IMG/VR virus record: IMGVR_UViG_3300028171_000090
Span: 159,017-223,016 of that record
From: a virus
Taxonomy: Duplodnaviria; Caudoviricetes
Strand: one strand, 5' to 3'
Length of the DNA stretch: 64,000 bases
The position numbers and the translations under genes were made by a program. A model generated the notes under the pieces. It was not told the origin of the DNA, made no database searches, and saw only the letters and a program-made list of their open reading frames with translations. Positions within the stretch are counted from its first letter, which is position 1; every line of letters starts with the position of its first letter. Positions 1 to 9,573 of the stretch are shown here, piece after piece.

Positions 1-2
1 AG

Positions 3-734
3 AAGTCTGTACGTAAACGAGTATTCATGGAAGGTATGAAGTTGGATTTAAATATTCCGATGCCTGTCATGAATGACATTACCATGCATAAGTTATCGTA
101 CTTTAATAACCGCATGGGATTAGAACTAACAGGGAAAGACTTACTGAAGTATAAGATAGTCGTGAATCTATATGACTTCTTAAACCGTAACTATATTAAG
201 GAGCGGACTCGTAAGAAGTATATCACAGATGCATTAGACAAAGGATACTTCGGATTTCTATCAGCAGACAATAACTATCTTATTATGCGTAATACAACGA
301 ATAAGATAGATAACATATTGAAACGTTATATTAACTACAATGTCATGGGGAATGAAGAGAACGTTCGTAAGTTCTATATCATGCCAAATACAGTAGACAT
401 TATGCAGGATATAGACATTCGTATTACCGAAGGTATCATGGATATCATTGGTGTATATAATCATGTCATGAATCGAAATGATGAGAATAATCTATATGTC
501 GCTGCATGTGGTAGTGGAATGGAAAGTGTTATCCGTTATCTATTACGCTTAGGTTTTATTCACTGTAACATTCATATCTACTCTGATGATGATGTGAAGA
601 TAGAGGAATACAAAAAATTAAAGAAACGTCTAAAGGGTAAATTCAGCGGTACACTAACTGTTTACTATAACAAGATAAAGAAAGATTATGGTGTACGAAA
701 AGATGAAATTGATACGTACAAGATAATAATCTAA
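3..734 (+). CDS. DNA primase, C-terminal TOPRIM region (5' end lies outside the window)
   Basis: Frame is open from position 3 (KSVRKRVF before the M at 27). TOPRIM-like motifs ITEGIMD and YSDDD. Confidence 0.7.
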   Translation, partial: KSVRKRVFMEGMKLDLNIPMPVMNDITMHKLSYFNNRMGLELTGKDLLKYKIVVNLYDFLNRNYIKERTRKKYITDALDKGYFGFLSADNNYLIMRNTTNKIDNILKRYINYNVMGNEENVRKFYIMPNTVDIMQDIDIRITEGIMDIIGVYNHVMNRNDENNLYVAACGSGMESVIRYLLRLGFIHCNIHIYSDDDVKIEEYKKLKKRLKGKFSGTLTVYYNKIKKDYGVRKDEIDTYKIII

Positions 735-744
735 AGAAAAAGAG

Positions 745-2085
745 GTGTCTGATATGGGGAAACTGAATGAACAGGTTGGCTTCATTAAAGACGCGATAAA
801 GCATAGACAGGAGCTAGACTTTACTAGCTATAGCCGATTCCTAGAATCGGCTCCTATCTTTATCACGTACTACAAACAGAATACAGAAGAATCTACGATG
901 GATTATGGTACACATAATACACAAGTATTTATTGGACAAGATTCTTCCATTCGTTATAACAGAATCAAAGAGGTTCCGTTATATGGTCTGAATATGACAC
1001 AGATAGATATATCTGAGAATGAAACAGGTACAACATCTTCTTTCGAATCAGAAGGGATTATGCTGCCTGGTACATTTAGTCCAATACCAAATGATTACTT
1101 CCAGATTGATTACATGGGTAAAGAGATTGTATTTAAAGTTACGAATGTCGTAGCAGGTACAATCAAATCCAATGAGTATGTCAAGATTGAATTTAAGTTC
1201 AATCAAATTCTGGAAGACCATGAGCAAGAAAAGCTAGACCGACAAGTAGTATCTGAGAATACATTAATCTTAGATAATGTCGGAACGGATAATAAAGCTA
1301 TAGTTAGCGATGATGCATACAAACGACTCGATACATTAAAGCGTTTGTATGAAAAATTATCTGGTGACTATATTGATCATTTTTTTGTATCTGAAGTGAA
1401 TTCTTTCATTGTCGAGTATCCCGTTGGGATAGCAGAAAGAAATGACCCCGCATACAATATCTATTTAACAAAGTTTATGATTCGTCATAACTTGTTTAGC
1501 TGTAGTGATAGCCGTGATACTTTATACTTGGATATCGAGGTAACACCTCAAAGAAAGTTCAAGTCAGACTACAATAATACAATCTTTAAGTCTGTAGAAG
1601 CGCGCTATAAGTATGATGTAGACAAGGTGTTGAACCACCAATTCTTCAATTTCATCAACGAACAGACAAGTATATTCTTTGAGCGTAGAACGGAGTATAT
1701 GTGTGTAGAATTGACTCCATATAAACTTCCATTCTATGGACCAATGTTAAGTTGGGAGATTGTAAAAGAATTAGCTGATGCTGATATTATCCCATATAAG
1801 ATGGAATACAACGTTGAGATACCTGAAGAGAACAAAGGTGAAGACCATTACTTCTCTTGCCAAATTGTTAGACCTTCTAAGCCAATCTATAACATGCAGT
1901 ATGAATTGATTCAGATTATCAAGAATCATTTAAATCATAAGAAGTCTAACTTAACAATAGACTATATGAAAACTCTAATGGAGTATGGTCAGATTAACTA
2001 TGACCCTGATACTTTTATCCTACTTCCATTAGCCCTATATATCATACAATTTGAGATGAACCAGATTCAACATAAAGAAATATAA
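745..2085 (+). CDS. Virion structural protein, possibly neck/head-closure (T4 gp14-like N-terminal half)
   Basis: 446 aa, GTG start with AGAGG RBS. Motifs ITYY..., VPLYG, PIPNDYFQI, VFKVTNV resemble neck-protein beta-barrels; recognised by eye only. Confidence 0.4.
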   Translation: MSDMGKLNEQVGFIKDAIKHRQELDFTSYSRFLESAPIFITYYKQNTEESTMDYGTHNTQVFIGQDSSIRYNRIKEVPLYGLNMTQIDISENETGTTSSFESEGIMLPGTFSPIPNDYFQIDYMGKEIVFKVTNVVAGTIKSNEYVKIEFKFNQILEDHEQEKLDRQVVSENTLILDNVGTDNKAIVSDDAYKRLDTLKRLYEKLSGDYIDHFFVSEVNSFIVEYPVGIAERNDPAYNIYLTKFMIRHNLFSCSDSRDTLYLDIEVTPQRKFKSDYNNTIFKSVEARYKYDVDKVLNHQFFNFINEQTSIFFERRTEYMCVELTPYKLPFYGPMLSWEIVKELADADIIPYKMEYNVEIPEENKGEDHYFSCQIVRPSKPIYNMQYELIQIIKNHLNHKKSNLTIDYMKTLMEYGQINYDPDTFILLPLALYIIQFEMNQIQHKEI

Positions 2086-2133
2086 TTGAATCCTTTCAAC
2101 ATAATTGTAATAAACTCTATAGGAGGTTTTATC

Positions 2134-2430
2134 ATGCTAAATGATTTAAAGAATGAATTATTGAATCGTGACCGTGTTATCGAGAACGAATCTATTTTAG
2201 CAGAAGCTTCTGGTGAAGCTCCAGAGGATAAAATGATTGAAAATATGGCTGCTCTAAATGACGGAGACCTTTCTCCTGAAGAAGAACAACAATGTGAAGC
2301 TGTATTAAAAAATATCCCTGAGTACGAAGAAGCGAACGAAGACATCACGAAAGAAGATGTTAAAGCTGCTAATCGCGTTCATGAACCAACAATCGAAGAA
2401 TTGGCTGAAAGCCTAACAATTATCGAATAG
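2134..2430 (+). CDS. Small acidic protein, possible prohead core/scaffold component
   Basis: ATG 2134 follows AGGAGG. Very E/D-rich, with several I/L-x-E motifs (ILAE, LAES). Confidence 0.5.
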   Translation: MLNDLKNELLNRDRVIENESILAEASGEAPEDKMIENMAALNDGDLSPEEEQQCEAVLKNIPEYEEANEDITKEDVKAANRVHEPTIEELAESLTIIE

Positions 2431-2444
2431 TAGGAGGAGAAGAA

Positions 2445-2795
2445 ATGAATGTTCAAACGAAAAAAGTTACTGTCCCTCATCATGGCACTTTACATGTACT
2501 TAACGGTATGCAAGGACCAATCTTGGAACCTGCGAAACTCCCATTGGACAGAGTACGTGCTCTTGTCATCACTGGAATCAAAGTGATTGAGCATCTAGAA
2601 GATGGAACTCAAATCGAGTTAAATCGCCGTAACGTTGAGAAGGACAACTCTCACCTGCAAGAGTCTTTAAAGAAAGCAGAAAAACCTGCTCCAGTTGTTA
2701 AGCCTAATGAGCAACAACAAAAGCAAAAAAATAAAGAAGAGTTTGTTAAAGACAACCGTAAGCAAGACGGTAACAAAAATAACAAACAAAACTAA
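2445..2795 (+). CDS. Hypothetical protein with K/N/Q-rich C-terminal tail
   Basis: 116 aa ORF with AGGAGGAG RBS. Confidence 0.7.
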   Translation: MNVQTKKVTVPHHGTLHVLNGMQGPILEPAKLPLDRVRALVITGIKVIEHLEDGTQIELNRRNVEKDNSHLQESLKKAEKPAPVVKPNEQQQKQKNKEEFVKDNRKQDGNKNNKQN

Positions 2796-2807
2796 CAAAA
2801 AAATTAA

Positions 2808-2845
2808 TAGATGTAGACTATGCCTAATGGTGTAGTCTACATCTA
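2808..2845. terminator. Long hairpin, probable terminator; contains AGACTATGC
   Basis: TAGATGTAGACTATGCC-taat-GGTGTAGTCTACATCTA followed by a T-rich tract on +. Confidence 0.75.
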
Positions 2846-2949
2846 TATTTTTCTTTTTCATCTTTTTATCTCTCTCTTTTTTATCTTGGAATGTTTTTGT
2901 TTATTAGTTTTTCTCTGTTTTAATTCGTTTTATATTTTTTATATATCTG

Positions 2950-3690
2950 TTTTCCTAGATGAAATGATCCCCATCATCCATCTGGATGCAGGTGAGTCCC
3001 TACGTCACCCGCGGAATGATACCCTCCGTGATGTTATATTCTAAATATATCATTCCTGAATACTTTTTTGTCTGTTTTGTGAACTGAATAAACATAATAT
3101 ATTAAAGTTTCTCCTCTCCGAGAAACTTATACAATTTTACCCATATTTTGTTACACTCGCTATCTCTCTCTTTCTTGTTGAATACGTCACATGCTGTAGA
3201 CATTAGAACGTTTCTCTAAATTTCTACCTACATTCCCCAAAACCGTACAGAGTATAAAGCTTTCCAATGACTTAGTGGTGTCTCCGAATAATCCTTCTCC
3301 GATTACTCTTCTCCTCCGATAGTATCTCCGTCCATCATTGCTTCACACCCCCTCTCGTAAGAGGGTGTGAAGGTATAGCTTTACATCTTAGTAAATCTTG
3401 TCGTGTTTGGGATGTAGTAGTTGTTACATAGCCGATGACCTGATTATAGCCAGGCATCCGTTTTAGACCTAATTAATTAGCCTTAACGTTTTTAGTCAAG
3501 GGGTTTAAGAAGTGTTAGCCTAGTAGTCTACACTAAGCTCGTCTAGCTATAAATAACATTACTACCACTATCATATATCTCTTTATCCCACACCTGTAAT
3601 AAGTACTCCTCGATGTAATCAATTGAAAATATACCTCCATCTTTTTTAGTATGGAGCGTTTAGCATAGTAGTAAAACCATTATCAACACT
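2950..3690 (-). ncRNA. Putative non-coding RNA region with GGAG-rich hairpins
   Basis: No credible ORF. Early-type promoter motif at 3690-3707 points into it. Several hairpins are present (e.g. CTTCACACCC...GGGTGTGAAG at 3341-3372), with repeated CGGAG on the minus strand. Confidence 0.4.
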
Positions 3691-3707
3691 CGTATATATA
3701 ATGTGTG
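3690..3707 (-). promoter_or_regulatory. Candidate early promoter (CACACATTATATATACGA)
   Basis: Partial match to the motif at 9510, 12690, 25776, 26318, 26728 and 51931. Confidence 0.45.
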
Positions 3708-3743
3708 CTTAAATAACGGTTTATTACTATTTTATAAAAAGGT

Positions 3744-3770
3744 ACGAATAGGGACATAATCCCTATTCGT
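3744..3770 (-). terminator. Intrinsic terminator after the RNAP beta' gene
   Basis: ACGAATAGGGA-cataa-TCCCTATTCGT overlaps the stop codon; a T-run follows on the minus strand. Confidence 0.7.
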
Positions 3771-5343
3771 CTTTTGTTAATGCATAGAACGTTTGTAAAG
3801 CTTCGTTTTCGGTACTACGGATGTTCGAGCCTGATACGTTTAGAATATTTGTTTTATTCTTAATCAGCCTGTCCAATTCACGGTTTGATTCAACACTGAA
3901 TACACCACGAATTGTTACTTGGTCACCGTCATAATCTCCACCTAAACCTTTTAGGTATAAGTTAGAGATATTCAGAGTCTCAACAAACATCGTAGATACA
4001 TGTGATGTAGGTAGTTCTAAGTCTACGTATGGATAACGTTTATAGAACTTACCATTGATTACAGCTGGTATAGTACGTGTTGTAGACAGAACTGTTATCT
4101 TATTTGGAAAGATTCCAAGATAGTCCTGTAGAGGGTAGCGCGTTATTAAAACGTGCTTATCCGCACATACTTCCGTTGCTGCTAAGAATAATATATCAGT
4201 CCATGTTGCAGGTCTATTTACAATGGTAGAAGATTCTGTAACCTCACCATTCTTACCTACACCATAACGTCCAGATATACGTAACTTCAAGTTCAATCCT
4301 TCACTATTCTCTAGTGGGATTGTCTTGTATCGGTCAGCATAAGAGTGTACATATAAGTCAATACATTTGGTAATGTATTCATCATTATATTGCTCAACGT
4401 TCGTTAGCTGTACATTTCCTAGCTCACCGGTTTTCCTACGTATCGGATAATTATCTTTACGTAGTACGATTTCTTTATAGAAGAAATCTTTTACCCATTT
4501 AATAATATAAGGAAGGAAGTTCGTTACTGCCATTGAGAGTGGTAACCCGCAACGGTAGAAGGATACTTCCATATCTTCCGGCGTTTCATCTTTAAATAAT
4601 GGAGTAGAGATTACGGCACGTACACCATAGTCAACACTTTTACCCATTACGAACTGACGGAACATTCCGTGCTTCCCTTTAATTTGGAATGTAAAGTTAT
4701 TATAGATTTCTACTAATAGATGCTGTATCTTTAATCGAGTACTGTCACCTACAATAGATAATCCCGAGTTATCGTTCTTTAAGGCAGAACATAACCGAAG
4801 TAACTTTGCATACATTTTGTTTTCTTCACCACTAGATAGTTTACCTTTGTCCATCTTATCCAATTGGATGTCTCGATAGAACGCTGGTTCTACTATCCAG
4901 AATTTGGTAAATATTTCATTCATTTTAAGACCTTTGATTAAATCAACACGGTCTGTACGAGATAAGCTCGCACTCTTTTTAAACTTAATCTTGTGGAAAT
5001 TACGTACTAGGAATGGTAAACCTGTTTGTCCGTTTTCTTCATCGACAACAATGTCTCCTTCTCCTGTAATACGTACGTGTATATTTCCTGCAATAATTTC
5101 TTCGAAACGTCGGTCTAGACGTTTCAATACTTTATATACATAAGGATGGAAGAAGTTCTCGTTCAAACTTATGTATGCAAAAATACCTTTACGATCTTCG
5201 ACTGTACGTCCGAAGATTTCAGTAGATAGAAGTCCGTCTACAGTCGGTATGTTATCACGTTCGATTAGAATCGGATTACGTACTTCTTGTAGATTATTCA
5301 CTTGAATAAACTTCTCTACATTAAATATATCAATATTCATCAA
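3763..5343 (-). CDS. Phage multisubunit RNA polymerase beta' subunit fragment (N-terminus to catalytic centre), probably virion RNAP
   Basis: Motifs DGLLSTEIFG, GKHGMFRQFVMGKSVDYGVRAVIS, ITRYP and catalytic GGDYDGD. Confidence 0.93.
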   Translation of the reverse strand: MMNIDIFNVEKFIQVNNLQEVRNPILIERDNIPTVDGLLSTEIFGRTVEDRKGIFAYISLNENFFHPYVYKVLKRLDRRFEEIIAGNIHVRITGEGDIVVDEENGQTGLPFLVRNFHKIKFKKSASLSRTDRVDLIKGLKMNEIFTKFWIVEPAFYRDIQLDKMDKGKLSSGEENKMYAKLLRLCSALKNDNSGLSIVGDSTRLKIQHLLVEIYNNFTFQIKGKHGMFRQFVMGKSVDYGVRAVISTPLFKDETPEDMEVSFYRCGLPLSMAVTNFLPYIIKWVKDFFYKEIVLRKDNYPIRRKTGELGNVQLTNVEQYNDEYITKCIDLYVHSYADRYKTIPLENSEGLNLKLRISGRYGVGKNGEVTESSTIVNRPATWTDILFLAATEVCADKHVLITRYPLQDYLGIFPNKITVLSTTRTIPAVINGKFYKRYPYVDLELPTSHVSTMFVETLNISNLYLKGLGGDYDGDQVTIRGVFSVESNRELDRLIKNKTNILNVSGSNIRSTENEALQTFYALTKDE

Positions 5344-5346
5344 GCA

Positions 5347-5682
5347 TCAGCCTTTCTCAAATGTAAGCGTAACTTTTAAACCATCAGTCTTCTTGTGTAC
5401 GAAGTATTGTCTACCTTTGTACATAATAGATTGTTCCGTACACTTACAGAAGGCTTTAAATGATTTTGCCGACGGAAAGTCGATGGTGAACTCTAATTGT
5501 CCTTTACGGACAATATTAGCTTTCGCGAAATGTTTTGGCTTTAAATCTTTAGGTACAATATTTTTTAGTAATATAAAATGTATGAATTCCTCTAATAATG
5601 TATTGCAAGTAATAGAATCAACTAACCCATCTTGATCATGAGTTAGTTGATTGAAAAGTGCGATGTTGTCGATTTGTGACAT
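5347..5682 (-). CDS. Hypothetical protein
   Basis: 111 aa, AGGAGAG RBS, abuts the beta' start. Confidence 0.7.
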   Translation of the reverse strand: MSQIDNIALFNQLTHDQDGLVDSITCNTLLEEFIHFILLKNIVPKDLKPKHFAKANIVRKGQLEFTIDFPSAKSFKAFCKCTEQSIMYKGRQYFVHKKTDGLKVTLTFEKG

Positions 5683-5714
5683 TGGTTTCTCTCCTCAACA
5701 TACACTAAAAGTCA

Positions 5715-6008
5715 TCAGACCCCTCCGCGTTCAATCGTAGCCATTAATTCTCGAGCCTGCTGTTCTCGTCCATCGTCCTGCTTCATAGAGCGGATTCTGG
5801 CTTCCATCCGCTCTAGCAGTTCTTTCTTAGTCATCTTTTCTAAGTCGTTGAGGGTAATGTCACCACGAAATAATCGTAGGACAGCATCCTCGAAATCATA
5901 ATGACCCTTTATTATAGATTGGAAGTTCGGAGCTGATGTGTCGTAAAAAGCAACGTTTCCATTGAAGGAATCTCCATGTCTTCGATCTTCTTGTTGCAAT
6001 GTGGACAT
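5715..6008 (-). CDS. Baseplate/tail assembly chaperone extension (gp51- or GT-like), possibly made by -1 frameshift from the upstream gene
   Basis: Overlaps the upstream ORF by 97 nt in the -1 frame and has no RBS at its ATG. Segment VLRLFRGDITLNDLEKMTKKEL resembles tail chaperone C-termini. Confidence 0.5.
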   Translation of the reverse strand: MSTLQQEDRRHGDSFNGNVAFYDTSAPNFQSIIKGHYDFEDAVLRLFRGDITLNDLEKMTKKELLERMEARIRSMKQDDGREQQARELMATIERGGV

Positions 6009-7309
6009 ACTACATCACGGAAACCAAACTTGATATGATATTTATCAATGATTTTCTCAATGTGAGTAGATAGTTTCACATCATCGTGCTCATCTAATGA
6101 AGATAATTCTGCAAACTTATCTTCGAAGTCTTCTAATGCAACATACTGACCATCAACAGGGTCTAATACATATACATTCTCGATGAATGGTAAGATGTTA
6201 ACTGTTACTTCATCTTCCGTCATCATTTGTTGTGTAACGTTTTGTAGCACGTCGTTTAATTCATTCCATAGAGATGGATGACGAAGGTCTACAATTGTTT
6301 TACAATGATCTAAGTAAACACGTTCGATTGTATTTACTTCAGAGTTTTCTAGTAAGTCTTTTGCATTGTTAATACCTTTAACTACGCTTAGGATAGACTC
6401 AGCAGTAACTTCATGCTTGTCATCGATAAACATTAGGCGAGAATTTGGATACTCATATTCGAACTGAGAACCACAGCCTTTGTTTGTACAGCGCATTGGA
6501 TATTTGTTAGAGTCTTGGTACGTACTACAGAATAATCCGAAGTATATGATATTAATTTCTAATAGTGATGTACAACGTAAGAACTCTTCATAAGACATTG
6601 GTCCGATACTTGTGTCAGCAATCTTCGAAAACATTTGATTGAATCGATATTCAGCTGCACGGTATGCGTCCATACTATTTAACGTTGTAGCAATATTACG
6701 TAACTCTGGAGAAGAGTAACCTTTCATAGCCGCAGCCATTCCCGTATTAGGCATAATGATTTGAGTTGTAGCTTCATTACGAGATTTACGGATACGAGCG
6801 TATGCAGTTTTACCTCCAGTTTTTGTTTTCTTAATACGAATAGAGTTTAAGTCAATTGCCGGAGCAGCTTCCTTTTTCTCTTCTTCTTCAGGTTCTTCTA
6901 CTTCAACGATTTCATCTTTGAAGTTACCTTTTTTAACATCAGCAATGTTTGCTTTAGGCTTTTCATCCTGAATGTCTTGTAGTAATTGCTTTTTAGCTTG
7001 AGCTTCTTGCTGTGCAATAATTTGGTCTTCTGAACCGTATGCACCTGCAAGTTCTTGTGCTTCTTGTTCCATCTCTCGTAAACGAGCAGTCATTCCATCT
7101 TCTTGTCCAGGCATAACACCTGGGTCTTGGAATGCTTGTGGTTCAGTACCAGGAGCTTGCGGTACTTGAGTTTCCTCTGCAACTGGTGCTGGAGGAGCTT
7201 GTGGAACCACTGGTTCTACTACAGGTGTTACACCTGCTTGCTCTTGTAAAGCATTTTCATGTGCAGCTTGTCCAGCTACTAAGTCTTTTAAACTTGTTTC
7301 ATTTGACAT
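5912..7309 (-). CDS. Baseplate hub assembly / tail assembly chaperone (T4 gp26-like) with Pro/Gln/Ala-rich N-terminus
   Basis: Two Cys pairs (YPMRCTNKGC, VVCPHC) and FGLFCSTY; adjacent to the gp25-like gene. Confidence 0.6.
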   Translation of the reverse strand: MSNETSLKDLVAGQAAHENALQEQAGVTPVVEPVVPQAPPAPVAEETQVPQAPGTEPQAFQDPGVMPGQEDGMTARLREMEQEAQELAGAYGSEDQIIAQQEAQAKKQLLQDIQDEKPKANIADVKKGNFKDEIVEVEEPEEEEKKEAAPAIDLNSIRIKKTKTGGKTAYARIRKSRNEATTQIIMPNTGMAAAMKGYSSPELRNIATTLNSMDAYRAAEYRFNQMFSKIADTSIGPMSYEEFLRCTSLLEINIIYFGLFCSTYQDSNKYPMRCTNKGCGSQFEYEYPNSRLMFIDDKHEVTAESILSVVKGINNAKDLLENSEVNTIERVYLDHCKTIVDLRHPSLWNELNDVLQNVTQQMMTEDEVTVNILPFIENVYVLDPVDGQYVALEDFEDKFAELSSLDEHDDVKLSTHIEKIIDKYHIKFGFRDVVCPHCNKKIEDMEIPSMETLLFTTHQLRTSNL

Positions 7310-7324
7310 TGATTGTTTCCTCCT

Positions 7325-7732
7325 CTAAAGGACCTGTAGGTCCGACATAGTGTAATAGTGTTTTTCTTCGACTACCTTGAATATGATATTCGATTTCTTC
7401 TGTTCATACGTGTTGATGACAGATAATCCAAATAATAGAGACTTGTCTCCTGTACGTTGGATAACAATATCATCAAGTTGAATATGAGGTAGATAAGTAG
7501 AGCAATGGATAGAAAATTGAGTTTTTATCTGTACGATACTCCCCTCAATATCTTTATATCTATAGGATGCTATATCAAAACCCATATCAGGATACAACGG
7601 ATTTGATCCCTTTTTCATCATAAACAGCGTCGCTACTTGTAGCGCATCTGCGTCAACTCCTGATTTCGTTTTGGGTTTATTAAATGGGTCTATAGATAAA
7701 AGGTGTTCTGTCTGAGGTTTTCTTGGGTCCAC
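7325..7732 (-). CDS. Baseplate wedge protein, gp25/GPW-like
   Basis: 135 aa with KKGSNPLYPDMGFDI and YLPHIQLDDIVI, the gp25 pattern. Confidence 0.75.
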   Translation of the reverse strand: MDPRKPQTEHLLSIDPFNKPKTKSGVDADALQVATLFMMKKGSNPLYPDMGFDIASYRYKDIEGSIVQIKTQFSIHCSTYLPHIQLDDIVIQRTGDKSLLFGLSVINTYEQKKSNIIFKVVEEKHYYTMSDLQVL

Positions 7733-7861
7733 TATCTCACCTCCTTAAATAGTCTATTTAGAATAATTAATATAAAGTTTAGGTTTTAAGTATTTAAATT
7801 CAATATTTACCTATTGCCGTTAACAACTAATTAACCTTATATATAGCAAGGAGGAAACAAT

Positions 7862-9496
7862 GTGGCAAAAGCTAAACGTTGTCCTAACTGTACGAGCACG
7901 TACCCAGAAATTGATGATTTATATGAGCACATAGAAGATAAACATTCAGACGCAATTCCGAAGGGAATGTCTGCTGGTCAATACTTCTACTTTACAAAAT
8001 ATCACCGTAGAAGTGGTCAGTGTGTAGTATGCTCAAAAGAAACACCTTGGAATGATAGTACGAATAAACCGTACAGAATATGTAGTCCAATCTGTCGTAA
8101 AACATACCGTGAGAACTTCTTAAATAATATGAGACGAGTACACGGTAAAGACCATCTATTAGATGACCCTGAAGTACAGAAGAAGATGTTATCAAAACGT
8201 TCTATCTCAGGGGAGTACCAATGGTCAAATGGTGCTCGTAAGGGTTATGTCGGCTCTTACGAAAAAGACTTTTTACGTTTCCTAGATATCTTTATGGGAT
8301 TTGAACCAGATGATATCCATGCTCCAGCACCTCAGATTATTGAATATGAGTATGAAGGTAAAAAGCACTTCTATATTCCTGACTTCTACATCGAGAGTAT
8401 CAATACAATCGTAGAGATTAAAGATGGTGGAGATAATCCAAATACTCACCATAAGATTCAGGATGTGGATAAAGAGAAGGAGAAAGCAAAAGACGAAGCA
8501 TTATCTAAAACTGGTCAATACAATTACATCAAGATTGTAAATAAACAGTATGCTTCCTTCATCAAGTTCCTATTAGAATTACGTAATAGTGACCAAGATG
8601 GAAAACGACGAGAAGTATTTCATCCTGTCGTAATGATTAACGAGAATGTACAAGCGTTGCAAGAAAGCGTTGTAGCTCAAAAGGATTTATTCCTAGCAAT
8701 CGTAAAACAGAATGTGCCAGGATTATCTGAAGAAGAATGTGGATGGTCAATCTGGTTCTCATTCGATTGTACATTTGACACAGTATATAAATCGTATCCA
8801 ACTACTGATATGGTTGGAGATAAAACATATGCTTGTGCGAAATTTACTACGGTAGATAAGAGTGCTGTTATTGGTGATGCTAGTTTCAATATCATGAAAC
8901 TAAAACAACCAGCATCATTAGACACTCTTTATAAGAAAGTGCAGATGCATATGAATGAACCAATGTTCTATTCTACCGAAGGTGGGTCTATACCTGGATT
9001 AGATATCATTTGGTTATTCGATGATATGCAAGGTGGTCGCTGTTTTGACCATACCGAGAAAAACATTACAAGTTGCAGTCAATTGATTAATGAATTAAGT
9101 CCAGCGTTCCAGTATCTTATGACGGTACCGAACTTAAATACATTTGACTACAATAAGTTCTTGCAAGCAGAATGTTCTGTAATTTCTGAATCAGTCATGA
9201 ACATGAATATCGATGAGCTGTACGAGACCTTTATAGGTACACCTGAACAGACTCTATTGGAATCTGATTATGAAGCAATGACTGCACCTGCACCAGAGGA
9301 AGCAGATCACTACGATTCACGTATTGATGAATATGAAAACTATATGGATCATATCGGTAAAACTTCTGGTATGGAACACCTTCATCGTTTAGGTGCTAAA
9401 ATTAAGAATGAGTTCACTGGTTCTGACAATCAACGTGAAGCTCTTATAAGAAGATTGGCTCACCGTAAACAACAATTGGTGAAGGTTAAAAGTTAA
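7862..9496 (+). CDS. Zinc-finger + TnsA-like PD-(D/E)XK nuclease (head-completion nuclease-like) with long C-terminal extension
   Basis: CPNC...HIEDKH, CVVC...CSPIC, YIPDFYIESINTIVEIKDG. Late-type promoter AACAACTAATTA upstream. Confidence 0.65.
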   Translation: MAKAKRCPNCTSTYPEIDDLYEHIEDKHSDAIPKGMSAGQYFYFTKYHRRSGQCVVCSKETPWNDSTNKPYRICSPICRKTYRENFLNNMRRVHGKDHLLDDPEVQKKMLSKRSISGEYQWSNGARKGYVGSYEKDFLRFLDIFMGFEPDDIHAPAPQIIEYEYEGKKHFYIPDFYIESINTIVEIKDGGDNPNTHHKIQDVDKEKEKAKDEALSKTGQYNYIKIVNKQYASFIKFLLELRNSDQDGKRREVFHPVVMINENVQALQESVVAQKDLFLAIVKQNVPGLSEEECGWSIWFSFDCTFDTVYKSYPTTDMVGDKTYACAKFTTVDKSAVIGDASFNIMKLKQPASLDTLYKKVQMHMNEPMFYSTEGGSIPGLDIIWLFDDMQGGRCFDHTEKNITSCSQLINELSPAFQYLMTVPNLNTFDYNKFLQAECSVISESVMNMNIDELYETFIGTPEQTLLESDYEAMTAPAPEEADHYDSRIDEYENYMDHIGKTSGMEHLHRLGAKIKNEFTGSDNQREALIRRLAHRKQQLVKVKS

Positions 9497-9509
9497 CCCT
9501 ATAATCGGT

Positions 9510-9527
9510 TATACATTATATAGATGA
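9510..9527 (+). promoter_or_regulatory. Candidate early promoter TATACATTATATAGATGA
   Basis: Near-identical intergenic copies at 12690 and 51931. Confidence 0.6.
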
Positions 9528-9573
9528 TGAAAAACATCAATATACTATTTACATAACCCAGGGGGAATAGAAA

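Noticed and set aside
2667-3044. Hydrophobic ORFs 2667-2861 (-) and 2820-3044 (+)
   Set aside because: They translate T-rich terminator and low-complexity DNA; 2820 starts inside a hairpin and has no RBS.
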